A stretch of 64,000 nucleotides of DNA, taken from Terriglobia bacterium. Its GTDB lineage: Bacteria > Acidobacteriota > Terriglobia > JAJPHL01 > JAPKYU01. Under the pieces are notes generated by a model that saw only the letters and a list, made by a program, of their open reading frames with translations, was not told the origin of the DNA and did not search any database. The DNA is taken from positions 32,001-96,000 of the forward strand of contig CBDCVK010000009.1 in assembly GCA_965223005.1 (NCBI GenBank), given 5' to 3'. The translations under genes were made by a program, and so were the position numbers. Positions 10,213 through 20,291 of the stretch are shown in pieces. Each line of letters opens with the position of its first letter. Positions within the stretch are counted from its first letter, which is position 1.

Positions 10213-12834
10213 CTACTCCAGAACGCGGCACAGTTCCTTTTCCAGCGCCGACTGCCACTCAGGATCCAGCGGGCCGCCCTCGCGAGTGACGTAGAAAACG
10301 TCAATGACCATGGGTCCCTGGGTGTCGGCGAGCACGACTTCGATGTTGCAGCCGTGCGCCGAAAGAACGTTGGAGATGCGGTAGAGCAAGCCGGGCCGAT
10401 CGCGAGTGATCACCTCCAGTAGGGTGCTCTGGGCCGAGGCCGAGCTGTCGAAGCGGACCCGCGTTTCCACGCGATAGCTGGCCCGTCCGGGTATGGGCCG
10501 GTCCAGCCTCCCGGCAATCATCTTGGCCACGTCTGTCTTGCCCAGGATGGCGTCTTCCAGCATCTTCAGCAGGCGTTCCGATTCCTCGGAATTCAATTCC
10601 AGCGTCCGGTGCAGGTCCACGAACTGAAAGGTGTCCAGCACGATGCCCTGCCGGTTGGAGAAGGCTTCCACCTTGTGGATGTTTGTCCCGAAGGCCGCCA
10701 GGGCCCCGGTGATGGCAGCAAACAGGAACGGGTGATCGAAGGTGAGGACCAACAACTGGTGGTGGCCATGATGGCGGCTCAGCGAAAACTGGACCGGCCG
10801 ATGCGCCAGCTGCTGGGCCAGCCCAAAGTGCGCCAGAATCTCGGCCGGGGTATGCGTCTTCAGGTAGCGGCGGGGGAAGCCCTCCAGGAACGCGGTTACT
10901 TCGGGGCGAAACGACATGGCCATTTCCCCGGGCTCGGCGCGGTCAGTGTCCAGTTGCCGGGTGAGTTCATTGTGGGCGGCCAGGTAGAGCTGCCACAGCA
11001 TCTCTTCCTTCCACGGCGTCAGCGCGCCAGGGTTCACCGACTGGATGTCGGCGTAGGTGAACAGGCAAAGCATCTTCAACCGTTCCGTGGTTTCCATACG
11101 GGCGGCAAACTCTTGGATCGTCTCCGGGTCAGACAGATCGCGGGTGCCGAGGGTGGTGGACATCAACAGATGGTTTCCCACCAGGAACCGGACCAACTCC
11201 AACTCGGCTTCCTCCATTTTCAGCCGGGTCAGAATGGGATCCAGCAACCGCAGCGAAACTTGTACGTGCTCGCCGTACCCGCTCTTGCCAAGGTCATGGA
11301 AGAGCAGGGCTAGCAACATCGGCTCAGGATGATCCAGCTCGGCGAACACTTCGGCGAAGCGGGCCGGGAAACGGCCCTCGGGTGTGCGCTCGTTCTTCTT
11401 GCGTCCGGCCAAGGGTTTCAACTCTTGCAGGTGTTTGATGGTCAGCAGGGAGTGCTCGTCCACCGTGTATTTGTGGTAGAGGTCCCGGATCACGAGCGAC
11501 TCAATCAGGCGGAACTCGGGGAACAGCGCCCCCAGCATTCCCAGTTCATGCATGGCCGCCAGGGCCGTATAGGCGTGTGGCAGCGCCAGAATGCGCCGGA
11601 AACGGGGCCACAGATCGGAGAAATGCTGCGCCCACTCAGCCAGTTCGGCGAGTTGACGCTCGAGGCGGCGTTCCGTTTCCAGGCTCAGAGCGACCCCGTG
11701 CCGAGCCTGAAACTCAAACAGATCCAGCCACAGGCCCGGGTCCCGTTGCGCGTGGATGGGATTGCGCAGGAACACCTCGCCGCTGTGGACTGCAAAGTCG
11801 GTGTTGGAAAAGCGCTCCTGCCGCTGCTGCAGCCAGCGGGAAAGCGTAGAACGCGGCGCGGCCGACTGGCGCAGGGAGTGGCTGACCATCCGATAGATGT
11901 GGCGCACGTGGCCAAAATAAGACCGCATCCACTGTTCCGGGCTAGAGTGTTCCGCGCTGGGGTGTCCGGCGCTGGCATCGCCCTGGCTTGGCCGGCCCTG
12001 GCGCGCCAGCTCTTCCTGCAAGTCGAAGCTGAGCGTGTTGGCGTCGCGCCCGCACAGCAGATGCAGTTGGGCCCGGGCCGCAGCGAGAAACTGGTGGGCG
12101 GCAGCCACCTCGCGCCGCGCGGTTTCGGGCAACTCCTCCCGGGGCGGCACGCTCTTTTCCTCGGCGCGCAAGATCCGCGACAGCCAGCAAGCGAGCTGGT
12201 AGTCGCGCAAGCCCCCGGGCGATTCCTTGACGTCGGGTTCCAGGTGGTAGATGGTTTGGCCAAATTTCTTGTGGCGGAATTCGGCCAGGCTTATCAGGTT
12301 GTGCAGCAGCACCGTCCGTTCACGCTGCACCAGGCGCGGCAGCGTTTCCTGTTGCAGCCGGTCGAACAGTGCCCGATCGCCGGCCACAAAGCGCGCATCC
12401 ATCAGGGCCACGCTGAATTCGGTATTGCCCTCCGCCAGCGTGCCGCATTCGGCCAGCAGTCGGACCGAGTGTCCCAGGCGCAGCCCGGCGTCCCACAGTT
12501 CCCGGAGGAACTCGGCGATTTGCTCGCGGGGGACTGGTTGCCCCACTTGACGGGCAAACAGCAGCAGCAAGTCCACATCGGAGTGAGGGAACAGCTCCCG
12601 GCGGCCGTATCCTCCAAGAGCCGCCAGGCAGAAGCCGGAGGGACCGATGGGATCCGCAGACAAGTACCGGGTGTAGGCCGACAGCACCAGTTCGTCCACG
12701 GCTGCCGACCGCCCGTGAACCAGAGCGTACCCGTCCCCGGAGGCAAGAAACTCTTCGCGGAGCTGGGCGGAGCGGCGCTGATAAGCGGGCGCGGCCTTGA
12801 CTTTACTCGGCGCCGAGCTACGACTGCCTGCCAT
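10213..12834 (-). CDS. glnD: [Protein-PII] uridylyltransferase
   Basis: ALGGYGRRELFPHSDVDL NTase motif, EPDVKESPGGLRD, YHKYTVDEH/LFHDLGK HD domain, two ACT domains (DHPFLFA, DRPGLLY). Confidence 0.93.
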   Translation of the reverse strand: MAGSRSSAPSKVKAAPAYQRRSAQLREEFLASGDGYALVHGRSAAVDELVLSAYTRYLSADPIGPSGFCLAALGGYGRRELFPHSDVDLLLLFARQVGQPVPREQIAEFLRELWDAGLRLGHSVRLLAECGTLAEGNTEFSVALMDARFVAGDRALFDRLQQETLPRLVQRERTVLLHNLISLAEFRHKKFGQTIYHLEPDVKESPGGLRDYQLACWLSRILRAEEKSVPPREELPETARREVAAAHQFLAAARAQLHLLCGRDANTLSFDLQEELARQGRPSQGDASAGHPSAEHSSPEQWMRSYFGHVRHIYRMVSHSLRQSAAPRSTLSRWLQQRQERFSNTDFAVHSGEVFLRNPIHAQRDPGLWLDLFEFQARHGVALSLETERRLERQLAELAEWAQHFSDLWPRFRRILALPHAYTALAAMHELGMLGALFPEFRLIESLVIRDLYHKYTVDEHSLLTIKHLQELKPLAGRKKNERTPEGRFPARFAEVFAELDHPEPMLLALLFHDLGKSGYGEHVQVSLRLLDPILTRLKMEEAELELVRFLVGNHLLMSTTLGTRDLSDPETIQEFAARMETTERLKMLCLFTYADIQSVNPGALTPWKEEMLWQLYLAAHNELTRQLDTDRAEPGEMAMSFRPEVTAFLEGFPRRYLKTHTPAEILAHFGLAQQLAHRPVQFSLSRHHGHHQLLVLTFDHPFLFAAITGALAAFGTNIHKVEAFSNRQGIVLDTFQFVDLHRTLELNSEESERLLKMLEDAILGKTDVAKMIAGRLDRPIPGRASYRVETRVRFDSSASAQSTLLEVITRDRPGLLYRISNVLSAHGCNIEVVLADTQGPMVIDVFYVTREGGPLDPEWQSALEKELCRVLE

Positions 12835-13079
12835 AGCTTTCCAGTTCACCATAGCGCGTGAAAACGCGCAACTGAAGCTGGTTATCCGGGCCATCGGAAT
12901 TTTCTATAATTCCCCGCCAGTGTTGGCTTTTCGGCATCTCCTGGAAGCCTGAGCTGGGCGCTTCACTGATGAGTACGACTAACTACGCGCCGATGTCTTT
13001 GTGGCTTGGTGGTGAAACGAAGGACCGACCCGGTGGTCTTGGGCGTTCCTTAGCCAAAGGCGTATTACACTGAAGGTGC

Positions 13080-14225
13080 ATGAAGATTGGGATTACCTGC
13101 TATCCGACCTATGGGGGCAGCGGGGTGGTGGCCTCCGAACTGGGGATGGAATTGGCGGCACGCGGTCACCAGGTCCATTTCATCACCTACGCTCGCCCGA
13201 TCCGCCTGGACGTATCGGCCGACTCCGCGATCGCCCAAAATATCACCTACCATGAGGTGGAGGTGACCACCTACCCGTTGTTCGACTACCCGCCCTACAC
13301 GCTGGCACTGGCCACTCGCATGGCCGAAGTGGCCCTTGCGGAAGGGCTGGACCTGCTGCATGTGCACTACGCGATTCCTCACTCGGTCAGCGCCTACCTG
13401 GCCCAGGCCATGCTGGTCAGCCAGTCCGGGCGCCGCCTCCCCTTTGTCACCACCCTGCACGGGACCGACATCACCCTGGTGGGTACAGATCACTCCTACT
13501 TGCCCATCACTCGATTCGCCATCGAGCACAGCGACGGCGTCACCGCCATCAGCCACAACCTGCGCGAGACTACCCAACGGGATCTGGAAATCCAGCGCCC
13601 GATCCAGGTCATCCACAACTTCGTGAACTGTGACCTCTACCACCCGAAGCGCGATGAGCAGGCCCGGGCGGTGCTGGCCCCGGCCGGGGAGCAGTTGGTG
13701 GCCCACCTGTCCAATTTCCGTGCAGTCAAACGAGTTGCTGACGTGGTCGCTGTGTTTGCCCGAGTGAGAAAGGAAATGCCGGCCAGGCTGCTGATGATCG
13801 GCGACGGTCCGGAACGGGGCAACGCCGAGTACGTGGCACGCCAATGGGGCGTGGAGCGCGATGTGTTGTTCCTGGGCAAGCAGGACAACGTGCATCGCCT
13901 GCTGCCGCTGTGCGAGGTGTTGCTGCTGCCCAGCCGGATGGAATCCTTCGGGCTGGCGGCGCTGGAAGCTATGGCCTGCGGGGCGGTGCCGGTGGCCACC
14001 CGGGTTGGAGGCGTCCCGGAGGTCATTACCGATGGGCACGACGGCTACCTGAGCGAGGTCGGAGACGTGGAAGCCATGGCCGGGCGCGTGCTACTGCTGC
14101 TCCGCGAGCCGGAGCGGCGGCGCCGCACCTCCGAGGCCGCCCGCAACACGGCACTCACCCGCTTTTGCGCTACCTTGATTCTTCCCCAGTACGAGCGTTA
14201 CTACCGCCAGGTGCTGGAGCGCTGA
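13080..14225 (+). CDS. bshA: N-acetyl-alpha-D-glucosaminyl L-malate synthase (bacillithiol synthesis)
   Basis: MKIGITCYPTYGGSGVVASELG, HVHYAIPH, TTLHGTDITLVG, SNFRAVKR and ESFGLAALEAMACG. Confidence 0.93.
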   Translation: MKIGITCYPTYGGSGVVASELGMELAARGHQVHFITYARPIRLDVSADSAIAQNITYHEVEVTTYPLFDYPPYTLALATRMAEVALAEGLDLLHVHYAIPHSVSAYLAQAMLVSQSGRRLPFVTTLHGTDITLVGTDHSYLPITRFAIEHSDGVTAISHNLRETTQRDLEIQRPIQVIHNFVNCDLYHPKRDEQARAVLAPAGEQLVAHLSNFRAVKRVADVVAVFARVRKEMPARLLMIGDGPERGNAEYVARQWGVERDVLFLGKQDNVHRLLPLCEVLLLPSRMESFGLAALEAMACGAVPVATRVGGVPEVITDGHDGYLSEVGDVEAMAGRVLLLLREPERRRRTSEAARNTALTRFCATLILPQYERYYRQVLER

Positions 14226-14316
14226 AGCCGTCAGGCTACGGCAGGCTACGCCAGCCAGGGCAGGGATGGCCCTGCCCGGTCATGAGCGCGGAGAACAGTG
14301 GAAAAAGGCGGGGCGC

Positions 14317-15258
14317 TTACTTGGCTCTGGAGTAGAGGTGGGCCACGTACTGCCCGTAGCCGTTGTAGGGCTGGGTCGGCCGCCGCTCGCGCGTGTCAAT
14401 CATCTGTTCGGTGGCCTGCGACCAGCGCACGTGCGGCACCTTGGGATTCACGTTGGACCAGAAATCATATTCCTTGGGCGCAACCTTGTTCCAGAAGGTG
14501 GGTGGCTGCTTCTTGGTGAACTCGACTTTGACGATGCTCTTGATGCTCTTGAAACCGTACTTCCACGGCACGATCATCCGGATCGGCGCGCCGTGCTGTT
14601 TCGGCAGGTCATGGCCGAAAATCCCGGTGACCATCAGGGTCATTTCATTGGCGGCTTCGGCCATCGTCAGCCCCTCGTGGTACGGCCAGGGATACCAGTG
14701 ATACTTCGCGAAGCCGGGAGCCTCGCCGGGCCGGAAGAAGGTTACAAAGCGCACGAAGTTAGCTGAAGAAAGGGGCTTCACGTACTCCAGAAAAGCCTTC
14801 ATGGGAAAGCCGATCCAGGGTACGGCCATGGCCCAGGCTTCCACGCAGCGGAACCGGTAGAGGCGCTCCTCCAGCGGCATCTTGCGGATCAGGTCCTCAA
14901 CGTCCAGTTTCAGCTTCTTCTGGACCAATCCGGTGACTTCAATCGTCCAGGGATGCGTCGTCAGCTTCTGGGCCAGGCGAGCTGGAGCGGTCTTGTCCTG
15001 CTGGTCGAACTCGTAGAAGTTGTTGTAGGTGGCCGCGACGCGCTCGTCGGTGAGGGGCCTGTCCAGCTTGTACTTGGGATTGCGGCCGACAGCAGCCTCA
15101 GCGGCTTCTGGGAAGGCCAGCCCGCTTGCTCCCAGCGCGGCGGCGCCGATGGCGCCGGCACGCAAAAACTGGCGACGGTTCAGAACGGCGTCTTCAGAAG
15201 TGGCCAGCCGTTCCGGAATCTCCCAGGGGCGTGGAATTCGGATCAGCATGTCCTTCAT
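14317..15258 (-). CDS. msrP: Periplasmic methionine sulfoxide reductase catalytic subunit
   Basis: Tat motif NRRQFL, YNNFYEF, EERLYRFRCVEAW, HGAPIR..VPWKYGFKSIKSI and NVNPKVPHVRWSQATE. Confidence 0.93.
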   Translation of the reverse strand: MKDMLIRIPRPWEIPERLATSEDAVLNRRQFLRAGAIGAAALGASGLAFPEAAEAAVGRNPKYKLDRPLTDERVAATYNNFYEFDQQDKTAPARLAQKLTTHPWTIEVTGLVQKKLKLDVEDLIRKMPLEERLYRFRCVEAWAMAVPWIGFPMKAFLEYVKPLSSANFVRFVTFFRPGEAPGFAKYHWYPWPYHEGLTMAEAANEMTLMVTGIFGHDLPKQHGAPIRMIVPWKYGFKSIKSIVKVEFTKKQPPTFWNKVAPKEYDFWSNVNPKVPHVRWSQATEQMIDTRERRPTQPYNGYGQYVAHLYSRAK

Positions 15259-15360
15259 TTTACCATGAATCCATCATGGCAGAACGTATCCAAGCCTGCC
15301 CAAACTGGGCCTGCCGGAAACTGGGCGTGCCGGAAATCGTGCCTGCTAGTCGCCGGCCCG

Positions 15361-16092
15361 CTATGGGCCCCGCACCAGGGGAACAAACGAAACGGGAAGC
15401 ACCGACCGGACAACGTAGCGACCGTGCTGATCCTTCTCCACCAGGCGCAAGTGCTGATTCCCCGAGGGGCCTGTCGGGATCACCATGCGTCCGCCCGGCT
15501 TTAGCTGGTTGAGCAGCGCCGGCGGGATTTCCGTGGGCGACGCGGTGACAATGATCAAGTCGTAGGGTGCGTGCTCAGGCCAGCCGTGGTTGCCGTCGCC
15601 CTGGCGCACTTCCACGTTGTTGTAGCCCAGTTTCTTGAGCCGTTCTGCCGAGCTCCTCGCCAGCTCAGGCACAATCTCGATGGTGTACACCTTGGAGATC
15701 AGCAAGGACAACACCGCGGTCTGGTAGCCGGATCCGGTGCCGACTTCCAGGGCAACGTGCTCCTTCTCCGGCTGTAGTTGCTCGGTCATGAAGGCCACAA
15801 TGTAAGGTTGGGAGATGGTTTGGCCGGCGGCCGTGGGCAGGGGTGTGTCGTCGTAGGCTCGCCTGGCCAGCGAAGGCCTGACGAAGAGGTGCCGGGGCAC
15901 TTTCCGCATGGCCTCCAGCACCCGCAGGTTGCGCACGTCGCGCGCTTCGATCTGTTCGCGTACCATGCGGGCGCGCGCCTGCTCCGGCGTCTCGTCGCGC
16001 GGCGGGCAGGCCGCTACGCTGAGTGAGGCCAGCGCCAGGAGCACGACCCGCAAAGCCGGTCGCAGGTTGCCCGTACCGGCACGCTCATTCAT
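15361..16092 (-). CDS. pcm: Protein-L-isoaspartate O-methyltransferase with lipoprotein-like signal
   Basis: VPRHLFV, GQTISQPYIVA, LEVGTGSGYQ and APYDLIIVTA; N-terminal LALASLSVAAC lipobox-like segment. Confidence 0.9.
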   Translation of the reverse strand: MNERAGTGNLRPALRVVLLALASLSVAACPPRDETPEQARARMVREQIEARDVRNLRVLEAMRKVPRHLFVRPSLARRAYDDTPLPTAAGQTISQPYIVAFMTEQLQPEKEHVALEVGTGSGYQTAVLSLLISKVYTIEIVPELARSSAERLKKLGYNNVEVRQGDGNHGWPEHAPYDLIIVTASPTEIPPALLNQLKPGGRMVIPTGPSGNQHLRLVEKDQHGRYVVRSVLPVSFVPLVRGP

Positions 16093-17338
16093 AACGCAGG
16101 CACGTGATGGGATCGAGGTTGGCGGCCCGATTGGCCGGGTAAAAGCCAAAAAACAGGCCCACCGAGACAGAGATCAAAAAACCCAGCGTCACCCACAGGA
16201 GGGAAACTTCGGTCGGCAGCAGGGGAAACACCAAGTGCACCGTCCAGCTCACTGCAATACCCAGCACAATGCCCAGCACGCCACCAAAACTGGTCAGAGT
16301 GATGGCTTCGATCAGGAACTGGGCGCGGATATCCTGCCGCCGCGCACCCACGGCCTTGCGGATGCCAATTTCCTGGGTCCGCTCGGTCACCGAGATCAGC
16401 ATGATGTTCATCACCCCGATGCCCCCCACCAGCAGGCCAATGGAGCTGATCACAGCCGTCAGCAGGACTAGCGCCCCGGTCAACTGCTCCCACAGGTCGG
16501 TAAGGAAATCCGGGGTTGCGATCTCAAAGTCATTCTCGGCACTGAGCGGCACCCGCCGCAGGCGCCGCACGATATGGGTCACTTCGTCCTTGGTCTGCGA
16601 CAGGAGCGACGGGTCGGGTGTGCTGACCGCAAGGAAGTGTTCGCGGCTCTCCGGGTAAAGCTTGTGGAAGGTGGAGTAGGGAATGATGACGAACCGATTC
16701 ACACCCGACTGGCCGAACAGCCCGGCATCCTTCTCCATCACCCCGATGACCTCAAAGCGCAGGCCGTTCAGAACGACCTCGCGGCCCACCGGGTCCACGT
16801 TGGGGAACAGCGAGGTGGCTACGGCCGCCCCCAGCACGCACACGTAGCGGCTGTGCGCCAGGTCATAAGGACTGATGAAGCGCCCGTCGCGGACGCCAAA
16901 CAGCGGGAGGACTTCGGCGTACTCGGGGTCGGCGCCCCGCAGGATGGGGTCCTTCACCTGCTCGCGTCCGGCGCGGATTTCGTTGCTTCCCCCAAAGAAA
17001 AGGGCCCGCGTGCCGAAAGCGGTGACGTACTCGCAGGAGCGGCAGCGTTCCCGGATGTAGAGCGCGTCTTCGTAGCGAAAGTGCTTGCGCAGCCGGATCT
17101 TCTCCGGCAGGCGTCCGAAGCGGCCAAAGGGCATGCGGCTGAGAAAAAGCACGCGCGAGCCGAACGACTGCACCCGGTCGCCCACATGGCGGTTGAGCCC
17201 CTGGATGATGGCCGCCACTGCGATGACCGAAGTCACTCCAATGACAATTCCCAGCACGGTCAGCGCCGAGCGCCGCTTGCGCACCCGCAGCGTGTCCATT
17301 GCGACCAGGAAATTCTCTTTCAGTTCATCACGCGTCAT
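16085..17338 (-). CDS. ABC transporter permease (MacB/FtsX-like)
   Basis: GGIGVMNIMLISVTERTQEIGIRKAVGA and GLFFGFYPANRAANLDP. Confidence 0.9.
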   Translation of the reverse strand: MTRDELKENFLVAMDTLRVRKRRSALTVLGIVIGVTSVIAVAAIIQGLNRHVGDRVQSFGSRVLFLSRMPFGRFGRLPEKIRLRKHFRYEDALYIRERCRSCEYVTAFGTRALFFGGSNEIRAGREQVKDPILRGADPEYAEVLPLFGVRDGRFISPYDLAHSRYVCVLGAAVATSLFPNVDPVGREVVLNGLRFEVIGVMEKDAGLFGQSGVNRFVIIPYSTFHKLYPESREHFLAVSTPDPSLLSQTKDEVTHIVRRLRRVPLSAENDFEIATPDFLTDLWEQLTGALVLLTAVISSIGLLVGGIGVMNIMLISVTERTQEIGIRKAVGARRQDIRAQFLIEAITLTSFGGVLGIVLGIAVSWTVHLVFPLLPTEVSLLWVTLGFLISVSVGLFFGFYPANRAANLDPITCLRYE

Positions 17339-17344
17339 CAGAAT

Positions 17345-17418
17345 AGGTGCCAGGTTTCAGGTATCAAGTGCTAGGTTCAGATGTCAGGGGTTTGCTGAGT
17401 CTGACACGTGAAACCTGC
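17345..17418. repeat. Heptamer-type intergenic repeat with inverted copies
   Basis: AGGTGCC-AGGTTTC-AGGTATC-AAGTGCT-AGGTTC followed by complementary CTGACAC-GTGAAACCTG. Confidence 0.5.
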
Positions 17419-17423
17419 TTTTT

Positions 17424-18644
17424 TCATTCGCTCCTCAGGGCCACCACCGGGTCCAGGCGGGCGGCCTGGGTCGCCGGGTAGATTCCGAAAAACAACCCGA
17501 TCGAGGAGGCCAACACCACGCCCAGCACCGCTACCCACAGCCGAACCTCGGCCGGAAAGCTGGTGAAATTCCTCAGTGCCGTCGCCGCCCCGAAGCCGAG
17601 CAACACCCCCACCACTCCGCCGAGTACACACGACAGCAGTGCCTCTGCCAGAAACTGGCGCAGGATGTCCTGTTGGCGAGCTCCGCAGGCCCGGCGCACC
17701 CCGATCTCCTTGGTGCGCTCGGTGACGGAGACCAGCATGATGTTCATGATGACAATGCCTCCAACCACAGCGGCAATCAAAGAAATCAGGACAAACACCA
17801 CAAAAAACGCGGAACTGATGGAACGCCACAGGTCCAGGTAAAAGTCCGGGGTAACGATGTAGAAATCTTCTTTGGCTCCTGGGGCGACGTGTCGGCGGGC
17901 ACGCAGCACGACCCGCACTTCGTCCTGCGCCGCCTGGTAGGCCGCCTCGCCTGAGGCCTGCACGTGCAGCTTCAGGCTGTGGCGTGGGCCGTGCAGCTTG
18001 AAGAACAGCGGCAGCGGCAGAATCAGGAAATTGTCCTGCTCCTGGCCCAAAATGGAGCCGATTTCCTCGGTGGTGCCTACCACCCGCAGTTGCTGCGAAC
18101 CCACCCGCACCACCTTGTCCAGGGGGTCAGTGGCGGGGAACAGGTGTTCGACCAGGCCGTGGCCGATGACGCAGACTGGGGCAGCCTTCTGCTCCTCAAA
18201 TGGGCTGAAATAACGACCGCGCTCCACTGTGCGGGTGCCGATGTTGCTCATGTTGGCCGTCTGGCCGAGTATGTGGACGTCGGCCAGCTCCTGGTCGCGG
18301 TAGCGTACCCGCGCCGGAGCATCCACCTGCGCTCCTACGGCAGCGCAGTGGCGGCAACGCTCGCGAACCGCCTCCAGATCCTCCACCACGATGTCCTTGT
18401 TGCGCCGGGCCCGCAGGAACTCTTCAAAGTCGGAGATGGCCACTGGCGTCTTGGAAACTTGAAAGACATCAATGCCCAGGTTGGCAATCTTGTCTTTGAC
18501 GTAGGCGTTGGCGCCCTGGATGAGTGTCATCACGGTAATGAGCGTGGCCACCCCCATCGCCAGACCCAGTTGGGTGAGGAAGAAGCGCAACCGGTACGCC
18601 CGCACACCCGCCCAGGCCATCGCCGCCATTTCGCGGAAATTCAT
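17424..18644 (-). CDS. ABC transporter permease (MacB/FtsX-like)
   Basis: GGIVIMNIMLVSVTERTKEIGVRRACGA and GLFFGIYPATQAARLDP. Confidence 0.9.
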   Translation of the reverse strand: MNFREMAAMAWAGVRAYRLRFFLTQLGLAMGVATLITVMTLIQGANAYVKDKIANLGIDVFQVSKTPVAISDFEEFLRARRNKDIVVEDLEAVRERCRHCAAVGAQVDAPARVRYRDQELADVHILGQTANMSNIGTRTVERGRYFSPFEEQKAAPVCVIGHGLVEHLFPATDPLDKVVRVGSQQLRVVGTTEEIGSILGQEQDNFLILPLPLFFKLHGPRHSLKLHVQASGEAAYQAAQDEVRVVLRARRHVAPGAKEDFYIVTPDFYLDLWRSISSAFFVVFVLISLIAAVVGGIVIMNIMLVSVTERTKEIGVRRACGARQQDILRQFLAEALLSCVLGGVVGVLLGFGAATALRNFTSFPAEVRLWVAVLGVVLASSIGLFFGIYPATQAARLDPVVALRSE

Positions 18645-18772
18645 TTCTCCTTATGATTATACGCTGCCGGAGGTGGATGTTCCCGGCACGAAGAGATCCG
18701 CCCTGACGCAGCTACGGGCGCGGACACAGCCTTCCCCGCAGACCTCTGTCGCTCAGCCCCGCGAGCCGCGGT

Positions 18773-19165
18773 TCAGTTGCTGACCACGCTGTTGTAGCTG
18801 GAGGCGCGGACGGCCGAGTAATGCTCTTGCCATTTCTCGTGCGCCGAGTGGTCGGCGTACCGCTTGAGCGCCTCCGGGTTTTCAAACTCGATCACGAAGA
18901 CGGCGTTGAAGTCGGCCGGCTGAACCTTGGTGGCTTTGATCCACACGTTCTTGATGCCGGGTATCGCCGCGGCCATTTCTTTGACCCCGTCCAGGGCCTT
19001 CTGCTTGTCGGCGTCGGTGGCATCCGGCTTCCACTGAATCGTGACTATGTGCACCAGGGTCTTGGGCGCTCCGAACGTGTTCTGACCGACAACCACCGCT
19101 GCCCAGAACAGAGCTAGGGTGACGGCCAAAACCACTAGCCTGCAATGTATCGCTCTTAAGGTCAT
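18773..19165 (-). CDS. Dabb (stress-responsive alpha/beta barrel) family protein with signal peptide
   Basis: HIVTIQWK...IPGIK...FENPEALKRYADHSAH; hydrophobic N-terminus. Confidence 0.8.
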   Translation of the reverse strand: MTLRAIHCRLVVLAVTLALFWAAVVVGQNTFGAPKTLVHIVTIQWKPDATDADKQKALDGVKEMAAAIPGIKNVWIKATKVQPADFNAVFVIEFENPEALKRYADHSAHEKWQEHYSAVRASSYNSVVSN

Positions 19166-19203
19166 TCCGTTTCCTCCAGTCGAGACTGAGAACACAGCTC
19201 TCG

Positions 19204-19515
19204 TTACATTTCCACTTCGATGTCGGAGCCAACAACGCGCACCGGAAACGATTGGACCTGAGCGCGGGCGGGCGGCCCCTTGACTTCGCCCGTGGTGACG
19301 TCAAAGTGGGCGCCGTGCCAGGGGCAGGTTACCTCGTTGCCCTCCAGTAAACCCTCCGACAATGGCCCGCCTGCGTGCGTGCAGGTGTCTTCAATGGCGT
19401 AGTACTTGCCGCCAACCTGGAACAGGGCGACCGCGCGCCCAGCGACTTCTACCAGCTTGCCACTCGAGGGGTCTCCAAACTCCGCCGTGGTAGCCACTTT
19501 GACAAATTCAGCCAT
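19204..19515 (-). CDS. Rieske [2Fe-2S] ferredoxin
   Basis: CTHAGGPLSEG...CPWHGAHFD; AAGGAG RBS. Confidence 0.92.
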   Translation of the reverse strand: MAEFVKVATTAEFGDPSSGKLVEVAGRAVALFQVGGKYYAIEDTCTHAGGPLSEGLLEGNEVTCPWHGAHFDVTTGEVKGPPARAQVQSFPVRVVGSDIEVEM

Positions 19516-19570
19516 GGGTGTCTCCTTTTCGTCCGGTCGTCTGCTGATTCTGCTGATGAATGATGCGTGC

Positions 19571-20224
19571 TCATTGCTGCAGCCCGTAGCGTACACCGAA
19601 TCGCGCCTGCATGAAGGTATCGAGAACCTGGGTGTAGAAACGCTGGCTGTGCTCACGCACCGCCCGCTCGGCTTCCTGGGGCGCGGCGTAGTGGTGCAAC
19701 TCGTGAAGGAACACGTCGAGCAGGCCCAGCCGGTAGCGGAACACCTCCAGCTCTTCCCGGTCTGCCTGCTGTACGGAAGGTTCAATGGCCAGGTCGGAGA
19801 GCAATAGCGGCTGCCACTCGCGGATGGTTTGAAAGGCCAGGTCCAGCTCGCCTACCGGCACCCCGCTAAGGGTTCGCAGTTTGCGGGCAATGCGAGTTTC
19901 CGTTCCCGAACGGTGGTGATGCCCCAGGCACCCGCAGGGGTTTCGGCGCCGCAGGATGACCACCACGATCGGCGGCACTTTCTTCAGGACTGCCTCGTAC
20001 TGCCGGCGGATGGCAGTGGGAATCGTCAGCCAGGTTTCTTCCAGCGCGCCTCGCAACTCAGCGGCGGGAGCCCGCTCGCGCCGCGAGTGGGCAATCAAGA
20101 CCAGCGGCAGTTCCGGTGCCGGCCGCACCAGCGCCTGTTCGGAGCCCCGCAGGCTGAGATACAGCCGCCACAGGAGCCCCGAGCTGTGAACCCGCTGGGC
20201 GCTGGAACCGAGTGGCCGCCGCAT
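19571..20224 (-). CDS. Hypothetical protein with HExxH motif
   Basis: 217-aa ORF filling the gap; FLHELHH and CGCLGHHH. Confidence 0.65.
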   Translation of the reverse strand: MRRPLGSSAQRVHSSGLLWRLYLSLRGSEQALVRPAPELPLVLIAHSRRERAPAAELRGALEETWLTIPTAIRRQYEAVLKKVPPIVVVILRRRNPCGCLGHHHRSGTETRIARKLRTLSGVPVGELDLAFQTIREWQPLLLSDLAIEPSVQQADREELEVFRYRLGLLDVFLHELHHYAAPQEAERAVREHSQRFYTQVLDTFMQARFGVRYGLQQ

Positions 20225-20291
20225 TCGCTGATTGTACAGCCGCTGATTGTACTGCGCCAGAGCGCAGACGGACTATGCTATATAAGCGAAC

